Source: a plasmid
Sequence record: NZ_CP124639.1
Length of the DNA stretch: 36,824 bases
Direction: 5' to 3' (one strand)
Below the pieces are notes generated by a model that saw only the letters and a list, made by a program, of their open reading frames with translations, was not told the DNA's origin and did no database searches. The position numbers were made by a program, and so were the translations under genes. This document shows positions 7,746-17,080 of the stretch, piece by piece. The first letter of the stretch is position 1. The number at the start of each line of letters is the position of its first letter.

Positions 7746-9458
7746 TTACTCCCCCCCTTTGGTGTCTGGCTTGGCCGGGCCTGCATCGCTTGGCGATGCT
7801 GGCGACGGTTCTGCCGGGCGAATGACGTTCTGCGGTTCTGCACTGGCCGGGGCCGAGCTGGGAGCCATTGAGCCATCAGCGTCAGCACCGGAGCCGGGCA
7901 CCGGCTGCGGCGCACCGGCACCCAGCGACAGGCCTGCCGCGCCTTCCATGCCGGGAACGGCAATCGCGGAGAGGATGCCCGCACCACGGGTAATACCCGA
8001 CGCGATTTGATGGCCAGATACGCCGCTTTTGGCTTCGCCCTGCCCTTCGCCAGCTTGGGCCGCTGGCGACTGCGCAGAGGCGCTAGGGGCCGAGCTGGAC
8101 GCGGAGGCGTCCGCATTACCGGCCGGAGGCGTTTGCGCCCCTGCCGCCGTTTGCTGGCCCTTGTCGTCGTCACCACCCTGCGCGGCCTTCCCGGCCTGCT
8201 TGGCGGCCTGCTGCACACCGCTGCTAGGCTGCTGCGGCGCTGGCCCCGGCGATTGTGGCGCGGCGCTGCCGCCCACTCGGGCACCTGCCGACGACGCGCC
8301 CTTGGCCGCCGCTTGGCCGCCAGTGCTTGCACCGAGGCCGGAAGCTGCCCCGCCGCCGCCAGTTGCGGCCGCTGCGGGCGCACTGCCACCGGCAAAGCTG
8401 GAATTGATCGCAGCAGCCAGACCGCCACCACCAATGCCACCGGCCCCCGCTGCACCGGCTGCACCACCACTACCGGCCGCGCCAAGAGCACCGGCCGCCG
8501 CCGGAGCGGCCGCCCCGGCCGTGGCGATGGTTGCAATAGCTGCCGCTGCACCGGCTGCACCGGCCGCTGCCATGCCACCGATGGCCGAACCGCCGCCCAT
8601 CGAGGTGCCGCTAATCATGCCCGCAACCAGCTCGGGGATAGTCTTGGCCAGATAGGCGCAGACCAGAGCCAGCCCCACCATCGTCCACATGCTCGCGTCG
8701 TCGTGGTTGTAGGCCGCCTGCCACGTCTTGGCCGAGTCCACAATCAAGCCGACGATCAAGGTCAGGACGAACAGCTTGGCACCAACGGAAACGGCGTAAC
8801 GCACGATGGCCAACGCATATTCGCGTGTCCATTGCGAAGCACCGAAGCCCATAAACAGCACCGACGCATTGATGACCACATAGGATTCGATGATGGTCAG
8901 GCCCATGAACGCCGCAATGAAGGCGAAGCACAACAGCACCAGAAGCCCGGCCAGCGCGACCATAGTGGCCGTTAGCGGGTTCCACGTTTCCACGTCGCCG
9001 ATAGTGTTGGCCAGCTCGATAGACGTACCGAAAATGTCGCCCGGCCGGATTTGGGACGTACCCAGCCCGGCCGCCGACGCGCCCGCCGTTCGGAAGCTGT
9101 CCACCACCTTGTCGGCCCACTCTGCCGAGAACAGCAGCAGCGCGTAGAAGAAGCCAATCACCAAAATGAAGCGGATCAGCTCGCCGACAATCTCGCCGAA
9201 ATCGGCCTGTCGGAACACCAAAGGCATGAACGTCCATACGAACTGGATGGAGGCCAGCAGCCAGAACAGCGTTTTGGCATAGCCACGTAGCTTGCCATCC
9301 CACTGCGCCGCACTGTTTTTCACCAGATCGAGAAGGCCGGTAAATGAGCCGCTAGGGTCGTGCAGGTCAGCCGCTGACGCATTACTCGCAAAGGCGAACG
9401 ACGCGAGCAGCAGCAGCACGACCCACAACAAGAACTGATGTTGCTCGCGCCGTGCCAT
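7746..9458 (-). CDS. trbL: Conjugal transfer protein TrbL (VirB6 family) with a ~280-aa Ala/Gly/Pro/Gln-rich C-terminal low-complexity tail
   Basis: Multi-TM N-terminal domain with TrbL/VirB6 topology. The C-terminal half is GC-rich low complexity, which generates many shadow ORFs on both strands. Confidence 0.85.
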   Translation of the reverse strand: MARREQHQFLLWVVLLLLASFAFASNASAADLHDPSGSFTGLLDLVKNSAAQWDGKLRGYAKTLFWLLASIQFVWTFMPLVFRQADFGEIVGELIRFILVIGFFYALLLFSAEWADKVVDSFRTAGASAAGLGTSQIRPGDIFGTSIELANTIGDVETWNPLTATMVALAGLLVLLCFAFIAAFMGLTIIESYVVINASVLFMGFGASQWTREYALAIVRYAVSVGAKLFVLTLIVGLIVDSAKTWQAAYNHDDASMWTMVGLALVCAYLAKTIPELVAGMISGTSMGGGSAIGGMAAAGAAGAAAAIATIATAGAAAPAAAGALGAAGSGGAAGAAGAGGIGGGGLAAAINSSFAGGSAPAAAATGGGGAASGLGASTGGQAAAKGASSAGARVGGSAAPQSPGPAPQQPSSGVQQAAKQAGKAAQGGDDDKGQQTAAGAQTPPAGNADASASSSAPSASAQSPAAQAGEGQGEAKSGVSGHQIASGITRGAGILSAIAVPGMEGAAGLSLGAGAPQPVPGSGADADGSMAPSSAPASAEPQNVIRPAEPSPASPSDAGPAKPDTKGGE

Positions 9459-9461
9459 AGC

Positions 9462-9665
9462 TCAGTACCCCTTATCGCGGCCAGTGTTGACCGGATCAAC
9501 ATGGCGTAGGGTGTTTTTGCCCGGAGCCGGAGCCGGTGCCGGTTCGCAAGCGACCGGCTTCGGCTCAGGGGAAAACACGTTGAGAACGATGCTCGAACCG
9601 ACACCGCCGACGACTGCGGCGGCGATCAGGGAGGCTACGAACACCGACAGTTTGAGATTGAGCAT
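9462..9665 (-). CDS. trbK: TrbK-like small membrane protein (candidate entry exclusion), 67 aa
   Basis: Sits between trbJ and trbL as in Ti-type trb operons. N-terminal TM and Pro-rich tail. TAAATG junction with the trbJ stop. Confidence 0.45.
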   Translation of the reverse strand: MLNLKLSVFVASLIAAAVVGGVGSSIVLNVFSPEPKPVACEPAPAPAPGKNTLRHVDPVNTGRDKGY

Positions 9666-10454
9666 TTAATACCCCTTGTTGCTGCCGGTTTGTGTGATGG
9701 TGCCGCTACGGCGCTGCTGACGCAGAGCGTCATCGAGCTGGATGCGATCCTGTTCTTGCGCCATGTAGTTGCCCTGCATGTTGATTTGCGTGGCGATCAG
9801 GTCGCGCAGCTTTTGCAGTTGCTGCACGTTCTGCGAGGCAATTTCATTGCCCGCCTGAATCGCCTGCATCCGGCCAGCGGCCGACTGCGAGCGGGCCACC
9901 ATGCGGGAAAGCTGGGCGTCCTCAGACTCGAAAGTGCTGGTATTGAGGTTCGCCGCCTCCATCGCCGCTTTCACGTTGTCGCGGCCCTGTTCCGACCACT
10001 TTTCGTAACGGTCGGGCATCGTGCTCGATGCGGGAGCCTTGGCCGAGGCCGCGGCCGAATTCAGGTACGACTGAAAGCCGGGAAACTGCATGTTGAACTG
10101 CGAATCCATGTTCTGGATTTGGCGGCCCAAGGCCTGCGACTTCGTGTAGATGCTGGCAACGCTTTGCAGGTCTGCCGCGATGCTGCCGAACATGGAATTG
10201 GGCAGGCTCAGGCCCTGCGTTACCATGTTTTGATACTGCTGAATTTGCGTCTGTAGCTGCTGCGCGGTGTTCAGGGTAGTGTTGACCGCTTCGGCGTACT
10301 CGAACATCTGCTGATAGAACGTCGAGCAGTTTGAGCAGTAGATAGCGTAAGCCGGTGTCGGAGCTGCAAAGAACCCGGCACCAAGGGCAACGCTGGCCGT
10401 CACGGCCGCCGAAAGAACGCCATTACGCAGCTTTGCGCGAAAGATACTGTTCAT
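9666..10454 (-). CDS. trbJ: Conjugal transfer protein TrbJ (VirB5-like)
   Basis: Signal peptide MNSIFRAKL…AYA, a Q-rich coiled-coil body, and a strong AAGGAG RBS before the ATG at 10454. The ORF-track start at 10496 is an upstream extension. Confidence 0.85.
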   Translation of the reverse strand: MNSIFRAKLRNGVLSAAVTASVALGAGFFAAPTPAYAIYCSNCSTFYQQMFEYAEAVNTTLNTAQQLQTQIQQYQNMVTQGLSLPNSMFGSIAADLQSVASIYTKSQALGRQIQNMDSQFNMQFPGFQSYLNSAAASAKAPASSTMPDRYEKWSEQGRDNVKAAMEAANLNTSTFESEDAQLSRMVARSQSAAGRMQAIQAGNEIASQNVQQLQKLRDLIATQINMQGNYMAQEQDRIQLDDALRQQRRSGTITQTGSNKGY

Positions 10455-12930
10455 AATCAACTCCTTTGTGTTGCAACCAAAAAAGCGGCCAGTCATCGCC
10501 GTGATCGGCGATCAGGTTCCGCACCTCCGCCAAGTCCTCCTTGTCGGATACCGCTACAAAGGCCTTGGTAAGAGGCCCCAAGCCCAGCTCGAACACACGG
10601 CGACCGAGCGGCGACTTGTAGTAATACTGCCGCTTGTACTGACCGTTTTTCAGGATGCCGATTTCCTTGCTGTTCAGGCCAAACATGGCATAGAGGTCGG
10701 CCGGGCCGGGTGTCTCTTTGGTGCCATGCAGGTCGGCTTCCTTGTTCGGCAAGAGGATCTTCGTCGGGCACTGTTCCAGCAGCACATCGAGCAGCCCGGA
10801 CTTGACCGCATCCGACAGGCTTTGCGTGGCCATGATGACGAGGCAGTTTTTCTTACGCAGCTCTTTGAGCCATTCGCGCAGCTTCTCGCGGAACACCGGA
10901 TGACCCAGCATCACCCAAGCCTCATCGAGCGACAGCATGGCGGGCTGGCCATTCAGCGAACGCTCGAACCGGCGGAACAGGTACAGCAGCACGGGAATGG
11001 CGTTCGCGTCGCCCATTTTCATGAGGTCGTCAATCTCGAACACCGTGTAGTTGCTGATCTTCAACCCGTCTTCCTTGCCGTCGAGCAGGTGGCCCATCGA
11101 CCCGGAAATGGTGTAGTGCGTCAGCGCGTCCCGCACTTCGGCATCCTGTACCGTCGTGACGTAATCGGTCAGCGAACGGAACTCGCGGGGTGCCTCGCGC
11201 AGCAGGTTCATGGCCCGGTGAATCTCGGCCTTTTGCTGCGGCGTCGGCGGCTTTTTGGCCTGCAACTCGTAGCAGGTCGCAATCCACTCCTCAGCCCACA
11301 GGGCTTCTGACTCGCTATCAATGTCCACCAACGGCGTCAGCGCCGGGGTGTCGGCCTCATCGTTGCCAATGTCGTAGTGAACGCCGCTAGTCGCCTTGCA
11401 CAGCGCATACAGCGAGCGCCCCTTGTCGAACGCCGTCACCGTGGCCGGTGCCGTGCTGCCATCGCGGCGGCGACGGCTGCGATAGCGCCGGAACTGCGCT
11501 TGCAGGGTGGCCAGCAAGGTCGATTTACCGGCCCCGGTCGGGCCGAAAATCAGGGTATGGCCAACGTCGCCGACGTGCAGGTTGAGACGGAACGGCGTTG
11601 CGCCGGTCGTTACCGTGTGCATCAGCGGCGGCGACCCGGCCGGGTACAGATCACACGGGTTTTCGCGCAGGCCGGGCCACACGCTGGCCAGCGGCAGCAG
11701 GTCGGCGAGGTTGAGGGTATGCACCAAAGGACGGCGCACGTTCGGGTAGGTCTGTCCGGGCAGCGAGCCAAGCCACGCTTCCAGCGCGTTGACCGTCTCG
11801 ATACGGGCCGCGAAGCCCTTGCGTTCAAGCTCACGCTTGACGTAGCGGGCCTGTTCGGACAGGAAATTGCGGTCTTCGTGCATCAGCACCACGACCGGCG
11901 TGTAGTAGCCGTAAGCGACTAATCCCGACTTGGCGTCGTTGATAGCCACCTCAGTTTCCTGCGCCATTTTCAGGGCGTCGGTGTTAATCATGCCCTTCTG
12001 CGACTTGAAGACCTGCGACCAGAACCCTCGAATTTTCTGCTGCCACTTCAAGCGGTAGCGGTTGAGCGCGGCGACGGCTTCGTGCTGTTCAAGGAAGATG
12101 AACCGCGACGACCACCGATAGGACATTGGCAGGCCGTCGAGCATGTCGAGGATGCCGGGGAAGGAGTTGCCGGGGAAGCCTTCGATGGCCACGCACGAAA
12201 TGAACTTGTTGCCCAGCTTCGGCGTGTCGCCCGGCCACAGTTCGGGATAGCCCAGCCACGCATCCAGATACATCGGGCAATCGGGGATGCGCAGCGCGAT
12301 AGGCTCATTGGTCAGCACGTAGTGCAGGTAATTGCACAGCTCATCACTCTGGTAGGCCTCGTCGCCCTCGCCTACCGTGATGGTGCCCATGCGGCGCATG
12401 TGCATCAGATCGCCGAGGCCGTCTTGCAGGTCATCGAGCTTTTTCTTGAAGTCCAGCAACAGCCGGTCGGCCGGGTTGCTGTCGTCTACGCCGTCATCGT
12501 CGTAGACCAGTTCGCCCAGCTTGGAATCCCGCCGCGTCGGCGGCAGGTATTGCAGGACTAGCGCGTACTCGCTTTCAAACAGCGTATTTTCCTTGACGAA
12601 GGCCGCCCGACGCTCGGCGTCGATCAGGGCGGTAATCGGTTCAGGAAAGTGTGACTGCTCGGGGGCTGGATAGCCCGGCGAGGCCAAGCGCGAGGCGTCA
12701 GTCCATACAGCCCAGCCCGAACCGAACCGGGCCAGGTACTGGTTGACCAACGCGGTCAGGTAGTTGCGTTCTGACGTAGTGGCGGATGCTGCGTCGTCAC
12801 CACGAAAGAAGAAACCAGCCATCAGCGAGCCGTCTTTGCCCAATACAACGCCCTCATCAACGAGGGCGGCATAGTTGAGCAGATCGGGCAAGCCAGCGGC
12901 CTTGCTACGGAAGGGTGCTAACGCAAGCAT
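10423..12930 (-). CDS. trbE: Conjugal transfer ATPase TrbE (VirB4 family)
   Basis: Walker A motif GPTGAGKST and the VirB4/CagE architecture. The ATG at 12930 follows a TAAGGAG RBS and lies 14 nt after the trbD stop. 32-nt overlap with trbJ. Confidence 0.9.
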   Translation of the reverse strand: MLALAPFRSKAAGLPDLLNYAALVDEGVVLGKDGSLMAGFFFRGDDAASATTSERNYLTALVNQYLARFGSGWAVWTDASRLASPGYPAPEQSHFPEPITALIDAERRAAFVKENTLFESEYALVLQYLPPTRRDSKLGELVYDDDGVDDSNPADRLLLDFKKKLDDLQDGLGDLMHMRRMGTITVGEGDEAYQSDELCNYLHYVLTNEPIALRIPDCPMYLDAWLGYPELWPGDTPKLGNKFISCVAIEGFPGNSFPGILDMLDGLPMSYRWSSRFIFLEQHEAVAALNRYRLKWQQKIRGFWSQVFKSQKGMINTDALKMAQETEVAINDAKSGLVAYGYYTPVVVLMHEDRNFLSEQARYVKRELERKGFAARIETVNALEAWLGSLPGQTYPNVRRPLVHTLNLADLLPLASVWPGLRENPCDLYPAGSPPLMHTVTTGATPFRLNLHVGDVGHTLIFGPTGAGKSTLLATLQAQFRRYRSRRRRDGSTAPATVTAFDKGRSLYALCKATSGVHYDIGNDEADTPALTPLVDIDSESEALWAEEWIATCYELQAKKPPTPQQKAEIHRAMNLLREAPREFRSLTDYVTTVQDAEVRDALTHYTISGSMGHLLDGKEDGLKISNYTVFEIDDLMKMGDANAIPVLLYLFRRFERSLNGQPAMLSLDEAWVMLGHPVFREKLREWLKELRKKNCLVIMATQSLSDAVKSGLLDVLLEQCPTKILLPNKEADLHGTKETPGPADLYAMFGLNSKEIGILKNGQYKRQYYYKSPLGRRVFELGLGPLTKAFVAVSDKEDLAEVRNLIADHGDDWPLFWLQHKGVDYEQYLSRKAA

Positions 12931-12943
12931 TCTCCGCTCCTTA

Positions 12944-13258
12944 TCAGTAAATACGTGGCGACTTGGCCACCCGATAGGGCCGCGAGAACGGCCCGTAATA
13001 GTGCCCATACTTGAGCTGGCGAATGTAGACCTTCGACATGTTCGGATCGGCCTTCGCCATCTTGCGCAGGGCGTAGACGCATACCAACCAGATCGCTACA
13101 CCGATGACCGTGGCCACAAAGTTCAGGGCCGAAACGGTCAGGCCGCCCGCAACAAGCATGGAGAACAGCATCAATTCGCGTTCGCCCCCCATGATTTGCT
13201 GCGGGCGATGGAGCGCCCGGTGGAATGGCGTCAAACGACGCGATTCCATTACTTCCAT
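12944..13258 (-). CDS. trbD: Conjugal transfer protein TrbD (VirB3 family)
   Basis: 104 aa with a two-TM VirB3-like sequence. TGATG overlap with the trbC stop. Confidence 0.85.
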   Translation of the reverse strand: MEVMESRRLTPFHRALHRPQQIMGGERELMLFSMLVAGGLTVSALNFVATVIGVAIWLVCVYALRKMAKADPNMSKVYIRQLKYGHYYGPFSRPYRVAKSPRIY

Positions 13259-13749
13259 CAGCGACCCCCTACCCCGGTCAGGGCTGCGGCGTGAGCTTTC
13301 GCGTAGGCGGCCACATCAGCGGCAGAAATTGCAGCGTCGTGCGGCACCACAGCGCCAGAGAACAGCGCACCAGTCAGCAGCGTGTTAGCGAACACGATGA
13401 TGCAGACCACCAGAACGACGTAGATGATGCGGCGGGTGAACTCGGAGACTTCACCGCCCCAGATCAGCGTTGCGCCGCACGCGATGATGCCGAGCAGCGC
13501 GATTACGAAGGCCACCGGCCCGCTGATCGACTGCTTGAGCTTAGTAAGCGGGCCTTCCCACGGCAGGCCTGCGCCGCCGCCTTCCGTTGCGTCAGCCGCG
13601 TGCGCCGGTTCGATGGCACCAAAGAGAAGCACCAAGAACAGAGCGGCCATCAGCCAGAAGTAGGGATTGGTCAGCACCGCACGCGCTTTGGACATGAAGG
13701 GAGAAGCCTTCGACGCCATTGGCGAAGCAGACAGAGCATTTGCGATCAT
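13258..13749 (-). CDS. trbC: Conjugal pilin precursor TrbC (VirB2 family)
   Basis: Long leader, AHA signal cleavage region, two hydrophobic segments typical of TrbC/VirB2 pilins, and a C-terminal tail. traF (the processing protease) is present at 26570. Confidence 0.85.
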   Translation of the reverse strand: MIANALSASPMASKASPFMSKARAVLTNPYFWLMAALFLVLLFGAIEPAHAADATEGGGAGLPWEGPLTKLKQSISGPVAFVIALLGIIACGATLIWGGEVSEFTRRIIYVVLVVCIIVFANTLLTGALFSGAVVPHDAAISAADVAAYAKAHAAALTGVGGR

Positions 13750-13760
13750 GTGTTGGATTC

Positions 13761-14744
13761 CTATATCGGTTTAGTGAGGTATTGAGTGCCGTCGTGCCCT
13801 TCGACCGTGACGACTTCCTTGATCCGCCTCCCGCCTGCTGTTTTCTCAATCGAAACGATCAAGTCCACAGCCTCAGCGATCAGCGCGTGCATCGGCGCCT
13901 GCGTAGCCTCAGCCACAAGCTGTTCCATGCGGATAAGGCCCGCAGGTGCCGAATTTGCGTGAACAGTGGCGGCCCCGCCGGGGTGGCCAGTGTTCCAAGC
14001 CTTGAGCAAGGCCAACGCCGCGCCGTCGCGGACTTCGCCGACCAAAATACGGTCGGGCCGCAGGCGCATGGTTGCCTTGAGTAGCCGGGTCATATCGACG
14101 TGATCGACGGCCCGGAGAATGACGACGTTCTTGGCGGCGCATTGCAGCTCGCCCGTATCTTCGATGATGACGATACGGTCTTGCGGGCAGGCCTTCGCCA
14201 TGTAGTCGATGATGCCGTTTGTGAGGGTGGTTTTGCCGGTGCCGGTGCCACCAACGACCAGAACGTTGCGGCGGTTGCGTACAGCGGCCTCGATGGCCTC
14301 GCACTGCGCCTGCGTCATGATGCCCGACTCCACGTAGTTATCGAGCGTGAAAATCTTCGACGCCTTCTTACGGATCGTGAAAGTAGGCCCGGCCACAACC
14401 GGAGGAATCAACGCCTCAAAGCGCGAACCATCCAACGGTAGTTCGCATTCGAGAATCGGATTCAGGGCCGTGATTTGGGTGCGCAGCGTCGAGGCCACCG
14501 TACCCATGAGCGATTCGGCCCGAGAGGCCGGGAGCGTGCCAATCTTTTCCATTGGTGCCCCGAGCCGTTCAACCCACAACGTACCGTCGGGGTTGAGCAT
14601 GATTTCGATCACTGTCGAGTCTTCCAGCAGCTCGCATATTTGCGGCCCGAGTTCGCGCCGCAATTTTTCCGTTATGCGCTTATCGTGTTCTGCACGATTT
14701 GATGCGATGCTGGGAGACTTCGGATCGGATGCAGTTACGTCCAT
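13761..14744 (-). CDS. trbB: Conjugal transfer ATPase TrbB (VirB11 family)
   Basis: Walker A motif GGTGTGKTT and the VirB11/TrbB family sequence. GGAAGG RBS. Confidence 0.9.
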   Translation of the reverse strand: MDVTASDPKSPSIASNRAEHDKRITEKLRRELGPQICELLEDSTVIEIMLNPDGTLWVERLGAPMEKIGTLPASRAESLMGTVASTLRTQITALNPILECELPLDGSRFEALIPPVVAGPTFTIRKKASKIFTLDNYVESGIMTQAQCEAIEAAVRNRRNVLVVGGTGTGKTTLTNGIIDYMAKACPQDRIVIIEDTGELQCAAKNVVILRAVDHVDMTRLLKATMRLRPDRILVGEVRDGAALALLKAWNTGHPGGAATVHANSAPAGLIRMEQLVAEATQAPMHALIAEAVDLIVSIEKTAGGRRIKEVVTVEGHDGTQYLTKPI

Positions 14745-14768
14745 ATCCTTCCGTCCTACAGGTTGCCA

Positions 14769-14825
14769 AACATAGTCTAAAGCCTATCACTGCTTTCGCA
14801 GATATGATAGTCTATAGGCTATCAA
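14769..14825. promoter_or_regulatory. trbB promoter region with two tandem operator copies: AACATAGTCTAAAGCCTATCAC at 14769-14790 and ATGATAGTCTATAGGCTATCAA at 14804-14825
   Basis: Read directly; same palindrome family as 350..371, spaced 35 bp centre to centre. Confidence 0.5.
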
Positions 14826-14924
14826 TCGCGCAAGCGATTTGGCAAGCCTGAAAGACGAAGCCCCCACAAGTTTGGGGGGGCTTCTTGGCAGAACAGAGAC
14901 GGAAAGGGGACGAGTGTTGCAGAG

Positions 14925-15197
14925 TTACGACGGAGGAACGAGAAGCTGCCACAGCGGCACACCGACACATTTGGCCAGCTCGGCCATGTTGTCGATGTTG
15001 AGCGGTGACTTGCCCGTTTCTACTTCGCTGATCCATGACTGTGCGAACCCCGTCTTATCCTTGACTGCGCGCTGGCTTAGTTTTGCGGCCTTGCGTGCCT
15101 TACGGAAATTGCGGGCAAAAATCAGCCGCTCCGCTGGCACCGGCTTTTCGTTTTCGTTGCTATCGGTGTCGCGTCGGCTAGGCATTCGGCGTGGCAC
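14925..15197 (-). CDS. XRE-family HTH transcriptional regulator (TrbA-like position: upstream of trbB, divergent from rep)
   Basis: HTH_3 signature (AKLSQRAVKDKTGFAQSWISEVETGKSPLNIDNMAELAKCVGV) and a strong AAGGGAGG RBS. Confidence 0.75.
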   Translation of the reverse strand: MPRRMPSRRDTDSNENEKPVPAERLIFARNFRKARKAAKLSQRAVKDKTGFAQSWISEVETGKSPLNIDNMAELAKCVGVPLWQLLVPPS

Positions 15198-15342
15198 CTC
15201 CCTTGGTGTTGGTTGAACATCGCGCCATCGAACAGAAGGACAGACGCATGAAATTACTTGATCTTAGCAAAAATGGTGCCCCAAGCGGAGGGTTTTTGTC
15301 TATGACTCAGCGCAGGATCGGCACCAAAAAGGAGAGTTCCGA

Positions 15343-16584
15343 ATGAACGGACCTAAGCCAATCAGTGACATTGTGGGGGGCAATCTGCTGGCCAGACTAG
15401 AGCAGACGCACCAGAGGTATCGCGAAAAAGTGGAGGCCGCAGCCCTGCCCGGCGAGACGTTCGAGCAAGCCGAGAAGCGCCTACGCGAAGAAGGCGAACG
15501 CGAACAGAGGCGGAAAAGTAACGAGGTCGCCCAGCAACAAGCCGAGGCAACTTTGGCCGCACAGTTGCGCGATAGAAGCCCTATCCCGCGAAGCCCAATC
15601 CCTAACACATCGTCCCCCAGTGGACAGACCAAACGGAGCAATTCGGCCTCAATGCGTCGCCCTCCCGAGAGCGACCGACAGCCCGACTTTTTCGTGCCGG
15701 GTCTGTACGACGTAGCCACCAAGGACAACCGTAGCCTGATGGACGTTGCGCTGTTCCGCCTGTCAAAGCGCGACAAGCGAGCAGGCGAAGTGATCCGCTA
15801 CGACCTGCCGGACGGCTTCGTTGAAGTGAAGGCCGGGCCGGATGGCATGGCGTCGATATGGGACTACGACATTGTGCTGATGCTCATCTCACACCTAACC
15901 GAGTCGATGAATCTTTTCAATGCCGGGCGCGGTGCCATGCCGGGCAAGAAATTCGTCCCGCACGCCTCAGATATTGCCAAGTTCTGCCGCCGTGGCGACG
16001 GCGGGCGTCAGGTTGACCAGTTGGAAGCTGCGCTTGACCGTCTGCTGGGAACGACCATCAAGAGCGTGCGCGAGACACCATCACGCAACGGCAAGCGCGT
16101 CGTGCGCGAGACAGAAGCGGAAAGTCTCATTGGCCCCTACCGCGTCGTGTCCCGCACCGACACCGGCAAGGTGGCCAGTGTCGAGATTGAGGCACCAAAC
16201 TGGATTTACCGGGAAGTGACCGGAGGCAGGCAGCCGGACGTGCTGACCGTTCACCCGGACTACTTCCTGATCGAGCCGGGCCTTGGCCGGTTCGTCTACC
16301 GTCTCGCTCGCCGTGCTGCTGGCAAGAACACGGCCAAGTGGGCGTTCAAGACTATCTACGAGCGCAGCGGCAGCACGGGCACATTCAAAGAGTTCTGCCG
16401 CATGATGCGCCGCCTGATCGACGCCAACGACCTGCCCGAGTATGAATTGCGCGAGGAAGACGGCCAGAGCGGCCCGCTGCTACTCATCACGCGCCGTACC
16501 GACGCGGTGGAGCTGGCCGCCGAGGACGAACCCGATGCAGACGGCGACGAGCAGGAGAACGGCGAGAATGCGCCCGGTGTGTAA
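15343..16584 (+). CDS. repA: Plasmid replication initiator (iteron-binding Rep, TrfA/RepA-like)
   Basis: 413-aa ORF with an AAAAAGGAG RBS, immediately followed by iterons; its TAA stop lies inside the first iteron. Confidence 0.7.
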   Translation: MNGPKPISDIVGGNLLARLEQTHQRYREKVEAAALPGETFEQAEKRLREEGEREQRRKSNEVAQQQAEATLAAQLRDRSPIPRSPIPNTSSPSGQTKRSNSASMRRPPESDRQPDFFVPGLYDVATKDNRSLMDVALFRLSKRDKRAGEVIRYDLPDGFVEVKAGPDGMASIWDYDIVLMLISHLTESMNLFNAGRGAMPGKKFVPHASDIAKFCRRGDGGRQVDQLEAALDRLLGTTIKSVRETPSRNGKRVVRETEAESLIGPYRVVSRTDTGKVASVEIEAPNWIYREVTGGRQPDVLTVHPDYFLIEPGLGRFVYRLARRAAGKNTAKWAFKTIYERSGSTGTFKEFCRMMRRLIDANDLPEYELREEDGQSGPLLLITRRTDAVELAAEDEPDADGDEQENGENAPGV

Positions 16585-16770
16585 TAGACGGAGAGTTGCC
16601 CGGAGAGCCGCGCCGGGCCTCACTTTTATAGTCTGCGGTGTGTAATAGACGGAGGCAAAACCCGAAATGTGGATAAGTCTGTGGATGGCCCGTCTATTAC
16701 CCACCCGGTTCCGTCCATTACCCACCGCGACCCGTCTTTTACCCACCGGATTCCGTCTATTACCCACTCA
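16575..16770. repeat. oriV iterons: 2 direct copies GTGTGTAATAGACGG (16578, 16638) and 4 inverted copies CCGTCTATTACCCAC (16690, 16711, 16732, 16754) at 21-22 bp spacing
   Basis: Read directly. The regular 21-22 bp phasing is typical of Rep-binding iterons. Confidence 0.75.
16598..16630 (+). terminator. Hairpin GCCCGG-N9-CCGGGC followed by a TTTT-run after rep
   Basis: Read directly; placed between the two direct iterons. Confidence 0.35.
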
Positions 16771-16789
16771 TCCACAGGGCTAAGTCCTT

Positions 16790-16920
16790 GTCCTGTAAGG
16801 GAAAAATGACGATTTCCAGACCCTAAAACTTCTTTTAAAACATTAAATCTAAAAAAAAACGCTCTATCGAGCGGAAAAGCACTATCAAATTGATCTAACT
16901 GAAAAGAAGAAAGCGGAACC
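16790..16920. promoter_or_regulatory. AT-rich region (candidate DNA unwinding element of oriV)
   Basis: A-tracts (AAAAAAAAA) and about 65% AT set in a 63%-GC replicon, next to the iterons. Confidence 0.5.
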
Positions 16921-16985
16921 AATCGCATAGAATCGCGTACAGTCGCATTAAATCGCTTAGATTCGCGCAGAATCGCACTACAGCG
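16921..16985. repeat. Six tandem 10-bp repeats (A-ATCGC-NNNN), perfect 10-bp phase; left arm of a 47-bp perfect inverted repeat with 21229..21275
   Basis: TCGC at 16923, 16933, 16943, 16953, 16963 and 16973. Reverse complement of 16921-16967 equals 21229-21275 exactly. Confidence 0.8.
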
Positions 16986-17080
16986 CCCGGTTTGGACGCA
17001 TGTAGCGGCTGGAAGACAGGTTTAGACACCAAAAGGAAGGGCGAACGAGCCGTAGCGCCCAGCTCGACCACACCGGCCGA

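Noticed and set aside
7739-9303. Multiple long ORFs on both strands (for example 8007..8975 +, 8029..8655 +, 7739..8578 -, 8611..9303 -) overlapping trbL
   Set aside because: They lie in the GC-rich low-complexity Ala/Gly/Pro tail of trbL. Their translations are Arg/Pro/Ala-rich nonsense typical of shadow frames, and the trbL frame has the conserved TM domain and operon couplings.
16480-16928. Minus-strand ORFs across the iteron/AT-rich region
   Set aside because: They span the repeated iterons and the AT-rich oriV; a repeat-driven open frame is implausible as a protein.
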